Shown here: positions 59,250 to 64,000 of the stretch, in pieces
How the letters are laid out: each line of letters begins with the position of its first letter
How positions within the stretch are numbered: the stretch's first letter is position 1
Source of the DNA: Eledone cirrhosa
Taxonomy: Eukaryota
Length of the DNA stretch: 64,000 nucleotides
Direction: 5' to 3'
NCBI GenBank assembly: GCA_964016885.1
Contig: OZ024744.1
Location: 12,152,001-12,216,000 of the forward strand
The notes under the pieces: generated by a model
What the model saw: only the letters and a program-made list of their open reading frames with translations
Told to the model about the DNA's origin: nothing
Databases searched by the model: none
Translations under genes and position numbers: made by a program

Positions 59250-62200
59250 ATTCTATTTGTCCATCTAATGACGGTCTATAACATAAAACATTCTATTTCA
59301 CCATCTAATGACTGTCTATAACATAAAACATTCTATGTGACCATCTAATTACTGTCTATAACATACAACATTCTATTTTACCATCTAATGACGGTCTATA
59401 ACATAAAACCTTCTATTTAACGATCTAATGACTGTCTATAACATAAAACATTCTATTTGTCCATCTAATGACTGTCTATAACATAAAACATTATATTTGT
59501 CCATCTAATGACGGCTATAACATAAAACATTCTATTTGTCCATATAACGACTGTCTATAACATAAAACATTCTATCTGACCATCTAATGACTGTCTATAA
59601 CATAAAACATTCTATTTGTCCATTTAATGACGGTCTATAACATGAAACATTCTATTTGTCCATCTAATGACTGTCTATAACACAGAACATTCTATTTGAC
59701 CATCTAATGACTCTCTATAACATAAAACATTCTATTTGACTATCTAATGACTGTCTATAACATAAAACATTGTATTTGACCATCTAATGACTCTCTATAA
59801 CATAACAAATTCTATTTCACCATCTAATGACTGTCTAGAACGTAAAACATTCTACTTAACCATCTAATGACGGTATATAACATAAAACATTCTATTTGAC
59901 CATCTAATGACTGTCTATAACTTAAAACATTCTATGTGACCATCTAATGACTGTCTATAACATAAAACATTCTATTTGTCCATCTAATGTCGGTCTATAA
60001 CATAAAACATTATATTTGTCGATCTAATGACGGTCTATAACATTAAACATTCTATTTCACCATGTAATGACTGTCTATAACATAAAACATTCTATTTGAC
60101 AATCTAATGACTGTCTATTACACAGAACATTCTCTTTGACCATCTAATGACTGTCTATAACATAAAACATTCTATTTGACTATCTAATGACTGTCTATAA
60201 TATAAAACATTCTATTTGACCATCTAATGACTGTCTATAACATAACAGATTCTATTTCACCATCTAATGACTGTCTATAACATAAAACATTCTATTTGTC
60301 CATCTAATGACGATCTATAAGATAAAACATTCTATTTGTCCATCTAATGACGGTCTATAACATAAAACATTCTATTTGTCCATCTAATGACGGTCTATAA
60401 CATAAAACATTCTATTTGACCATCTAATGACTGTCTATAACATAAAATATTCTATTTGACCATCTAATGACTGTCTATAACATAGAAAATTCTATTTGAC
60501 CATCTAATGACTCTCTGTAACATAAAACATTTATTTGTCCATCTAATGACGGTCTATAACATAAAATATTCTATTTGACCATCTAATGACTGTCTATAAC
60601 ATAAAACATTCTATTTGTCCACCTAATGACGGTCTCTAACATAAAACATTCTATTTCACCATCTAATGACTGTCTATAACATAAAACATTCTATGTGACC
60701 ATCTAATTACTGTCTATAACATACAACATTCTATTTTACCATCTAATGACGGTCTATAACATAAAACCTTCTATTTGACCATCTAATGACTGTCTATAAC
60801 ATAAAATATTCTATTTGTCCATCTAATGACGGTCTATTACAGAAAACATTCTATTTGACCATCTAATGACTGTCTATAACATAAAACATTCTATTTGTCC
60901 ATCTAATGACGATCTATAACATAAAACATTCTATGTGACCATCTAATCACTGTCTATAACATAAAACATTCTATTTGTCCATCTAATGACTGTCTATAAC
61001 ATAAAACATTCTATTTGTCCATCTAATGACGGTCTATAACATGAAACATTCTATTTGTCCATATAATGACTGTCTATAACATAAAACATTCTATGTGACC
61101 ATCTAATGACTGTCTATAACATAAAACATTCTATTTGACCATCTAATGACTGTCTATGACATAAAACATTCTATTTGACCATCTAATGACTGTCTATAAC
61201 ATAAAACATTCTATTTGACTATCTAATGAGTGTCTATAACATAAAACATTCTACTTGACCATCTAATGACTCTCTATAACGTAAAACATTCTATGTGACC
61301 ATCTAATGACTGTCTATAGCATAAAACATTCTATTTGTCCATCTAATGACTGTCTATAACATACAACATTCTATTTGTCCCTCTTATGACGGTCTATAAC
61401 ATAAAACATTCTATTTGACCATATAATGACTCTCTATAACATAAAACATTGTATGTGACCATCTAATGACGGTCTATAACATAAAACATTCTATTTGACC
61501 ATCTAATGACTGTCTATAACATAGAACATTCTATGTGACCATCTAATGACAGTCTATAACATGAAACATTCTATTTGACCATCAAATGGCTGTCTATAAC
61601 ATAAAACATTCTATTTGACCATCTAATGACTGTCTATAACATAACACATTCTATTTCACCCTCTAATGACGGTCTATAACATAAAACATCTATTTGTCCA
61701 TCTAATGACGGTCTATAACATAAAACATTCTAAGTGACCATCTAATGACTGTCTATAACATAAAACATTCTATTTGTCCATCTAATGACGGTCTATAACA
61801 GGAAACATTCTATTTGACCATATAATGACTGTCTATAACATAAAACATTCTATGTGACCATCTAATGACGGTCTATAATATAAAACATTCTATTTGACCA
61901 TCTATTGACTGTCTATAACATAAAACATTCTATTTGACCATCTAATGACTGTCTATAACATAGAACATTCTATGTGACCATCTAATGACAGTCTATAACA
62001 TGAAACATTCTACTTGACCATCAAATGGCTGTCTATAACATAAAACATTCTATGTGACCATCTAATGACAGTCTATAACATGAAACATTCTATTTGACCA
62101 TCAAATGGCTGTCTATAACATAACACATTCTATTTCACCATCTAATGACGGTCTATAACATAAAACATCTATTTGTCCATCTAATGACGGTCTATAACAT

Positions 62201-64000
62201 AAAACATTCTAAGTGACCATCTAATGACAGCCTATAACATAAAACATTCTATTTGTTCATCTAATGACTGTCTATAACATGAAACATTCTATTTGTCCAT
62301 CTAATGACGGTCTATAACATAAAACATTCTATTTGTCCATCTAATGACGGTCTATTACATAAAACATACTATTTGACCATCTAATCACTGTCTATAACAT
62401 AAAACATTCTATTTCACCATCTAATGACTGTCTATAACATAAAACATTCTATGTGACCATCTAATTACTGTCTATAACATACAACATTCTATTTTACCAT
62501 CTAATGACGGTCTATAACATAAAACCTTCTATTTAACCATCTAATGACTGTCTATAACATAAAACATTCTATTTGTCCATCTAATGACTGTCTATAACAT
62601 AAAACATTCTATTTGTCCATCTAATGACGGCTATAACATAAAACATTCTATTTGTCCATATAACGACTGTCTATAACATAAAACATTCTATCTGACCATC
62701 TAATGACTGTCTATAACATAAAACATTCTATTTGTCCATCTAATGACGGTCTATAACATGAAACATTCTATTTGTCCATCTAATGACGGTCTATAACATA
62801 AAACATTCTATTTGACAATCTAATGACTGTCTATAACACAGAACATTCTATTTGACCATCTAATGACTGTCTATAACATAAAACATTCTATTTGACCATC
62901 TAATGACTGTCTATAACATAACACATTCTATTTCACCATCTAATGACTGTCTAGAACGTAAAACATTCTACTTAACCATCTAATGACGGTATATAACATA
63001 AAACATTCTATTTGACCATCTAATGAGTGTCTATAACTTAAAACATTCTATGTGACCATCTAATGACTGTGTATAACATAAAACATTCTATTTGTCCATC
63101 TAATGTCGGTCTATAACATAAAACATTATATTTGTCGATCTAATGACGGTCTATAACATTAAACATTCTATTTCACCATGTAATGACTGTCTATAACATA
63201 AAACATTCTATTTGACAATCTAATGACTGTCTATTACACAGAACATTCTATTTGACCATCTAATGACTGTCTATAACATAGAACATTCTATTTGACTATC
63301 TAATGACTGTCTATAATATAAAACATTCTATTTGACCATCTAATGACTGTCTATAACATAACAGATTCTATTTCACCATCTAATGACTGTCTATAACATA
63401 AAACATTCTATTTGTCCATCTAATGACGGTCTATAAGATAAAACATTCTATTTGTCCATCTAATGACGGTCTATAACATAAAACATTCTATTTGTCCATT
63501 TAATGACGGTCTATAACATAAAACATTCTATTTGACCATCTAATGACTGTCTATAACATAAAATATTCTATTTGACCATCTAATGACTGTCTATAACATA
63601 GAATTTTCTATTTGACCATCTAATGACTCTCTGTAACATAAAACATTTATTTGTCCATCTAATGACGGTCTATAACATAAAATATTCTATGTGACCATCT
63701 AATGACTGTCTATAACATAAAACATTCTATTTGTCCATCTAATGACGGTCTATAACATAAAACATTCTATTTCACCATCTAATGACTGTCTATAACATAA
63801 AACATTCTATGTGACCATCTAATTACTGTCTATAACATACAACATTCTATTTTACCATCTAATGACGGTCTATAACATAAAACCTTCTATTTGACCATCT
63901 AATGACTGTCTATAACATAAAATATTCTATTTGTCCATCTAATGACGGTCTATTACAGAAAACATTCTATTTGACCATCTAATGACTGTCTATAACATAA
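59250..64000. repeat. More diverged duplication, period about 3116 bp
   Basis: TCTACTTAAC 59851/62967 and GGTCTATTACAGAAAAC 60831/63947 are offset by 3116. The copies carry several private substitutions per kb (e.g. CGATCTATAA at 60311, ACCTAATGAC at 60621, GAATTTTCTA at 63601). Confidence 0.82.

Larger units (their letters stand above)
1..64000. repeat. Tandem satellite array of a 40-bp monomer, consensus TCTATTTGACCATCTAATGACTGTCTATAACATAAAACAT, about 1,600 copies, extending beyond both window ends
   Basis: The 40-bp period is directly visible from base 1 to 64000. Most monomers differ from consensus at 0-4 positions. The main variable sites are position 6 (T/G), 9 (A/T) and 22 (T/G/A). 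Occasional 39-, 42-, 43- and 29-bp monomers occur. Confidence 0.99.

Noticed and set aside
1-64000. CRISPR array or other repeat-spacer system
   Set aside because: Monomers abut directly with no unique spacers. Variation is limited to point changes at shared positions, and there is no leader or cas gene.
1-64000. Repetitive protein-coding ORF on either strand
   Set aside because: The monomer has multiple stops on + (TGA at 7 and 18, TAA at 15, 28 and 33) and on - (TAG from CTA at 2, 14 and 25). Because 40 is not a multiple of 3, every frame meets a stop within about three monomers.
1-64000. Telomeric repeat or G-quadruplex-forming array
   Set aside because: There are no G-runs of three or more on either strand in the consensus, and multi-kb inherited variant patterns indicate recombinational amplification rather than templated telomerase addition.
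1-64000. Pure sequencing or rolling-circle concatemer artefact
   Set aside because: Variants recur in ordered, nested, lineage-like patterns at many different periods, which random read error or a single circular template would not produce. Individual near-identical duplications could still be assembly errors.
1-64000. Variant order as a deliberate information code or diversity-generating cassette library
   Set aside because: The recurring order is explained by segmental duplication. No recombinase, reverse transcriptase, expression site or target locus is present in the window.

Overview
The whole 64,000-bp window is one uninterrupted head-to-tail tandem array of an AT-rich 40-bp monomer (consensus TCTATTTGACCATCTAATGACTGTCTATAACATAAAACAT, 11/40 G+C), about 1,600 copies, all in the same orientation. 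This looks like satellite DNA, probably eukaryotic, but the organism and chromosomal role cannot be determined from sequence alone. I found no coding regions, RNA genes, CRISPR spacers, mobile elements, inversions or unique insertions, so I cannot support a new gene-encoded system here. The information lies in the array's architecture. (1) The monomer is built from three TCTA-initiated subrepeats (12+11+17 bp). (2) Diagnostic variant monomers recur in fixed order and reveal nested, overlapping higher-order duplications with periods of 80, 120, 159, 280, 1996, 2238, 2674-2783, 3116, 5032, 5151/5309, 7020 and 8738 bp. (3) The variant repertoire changes near 43.7 kb and again near 58.7 kb, dividing the array into layers of apparently different age. 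Periods were measured by hand from marker positions, and block boundaries are approximate.
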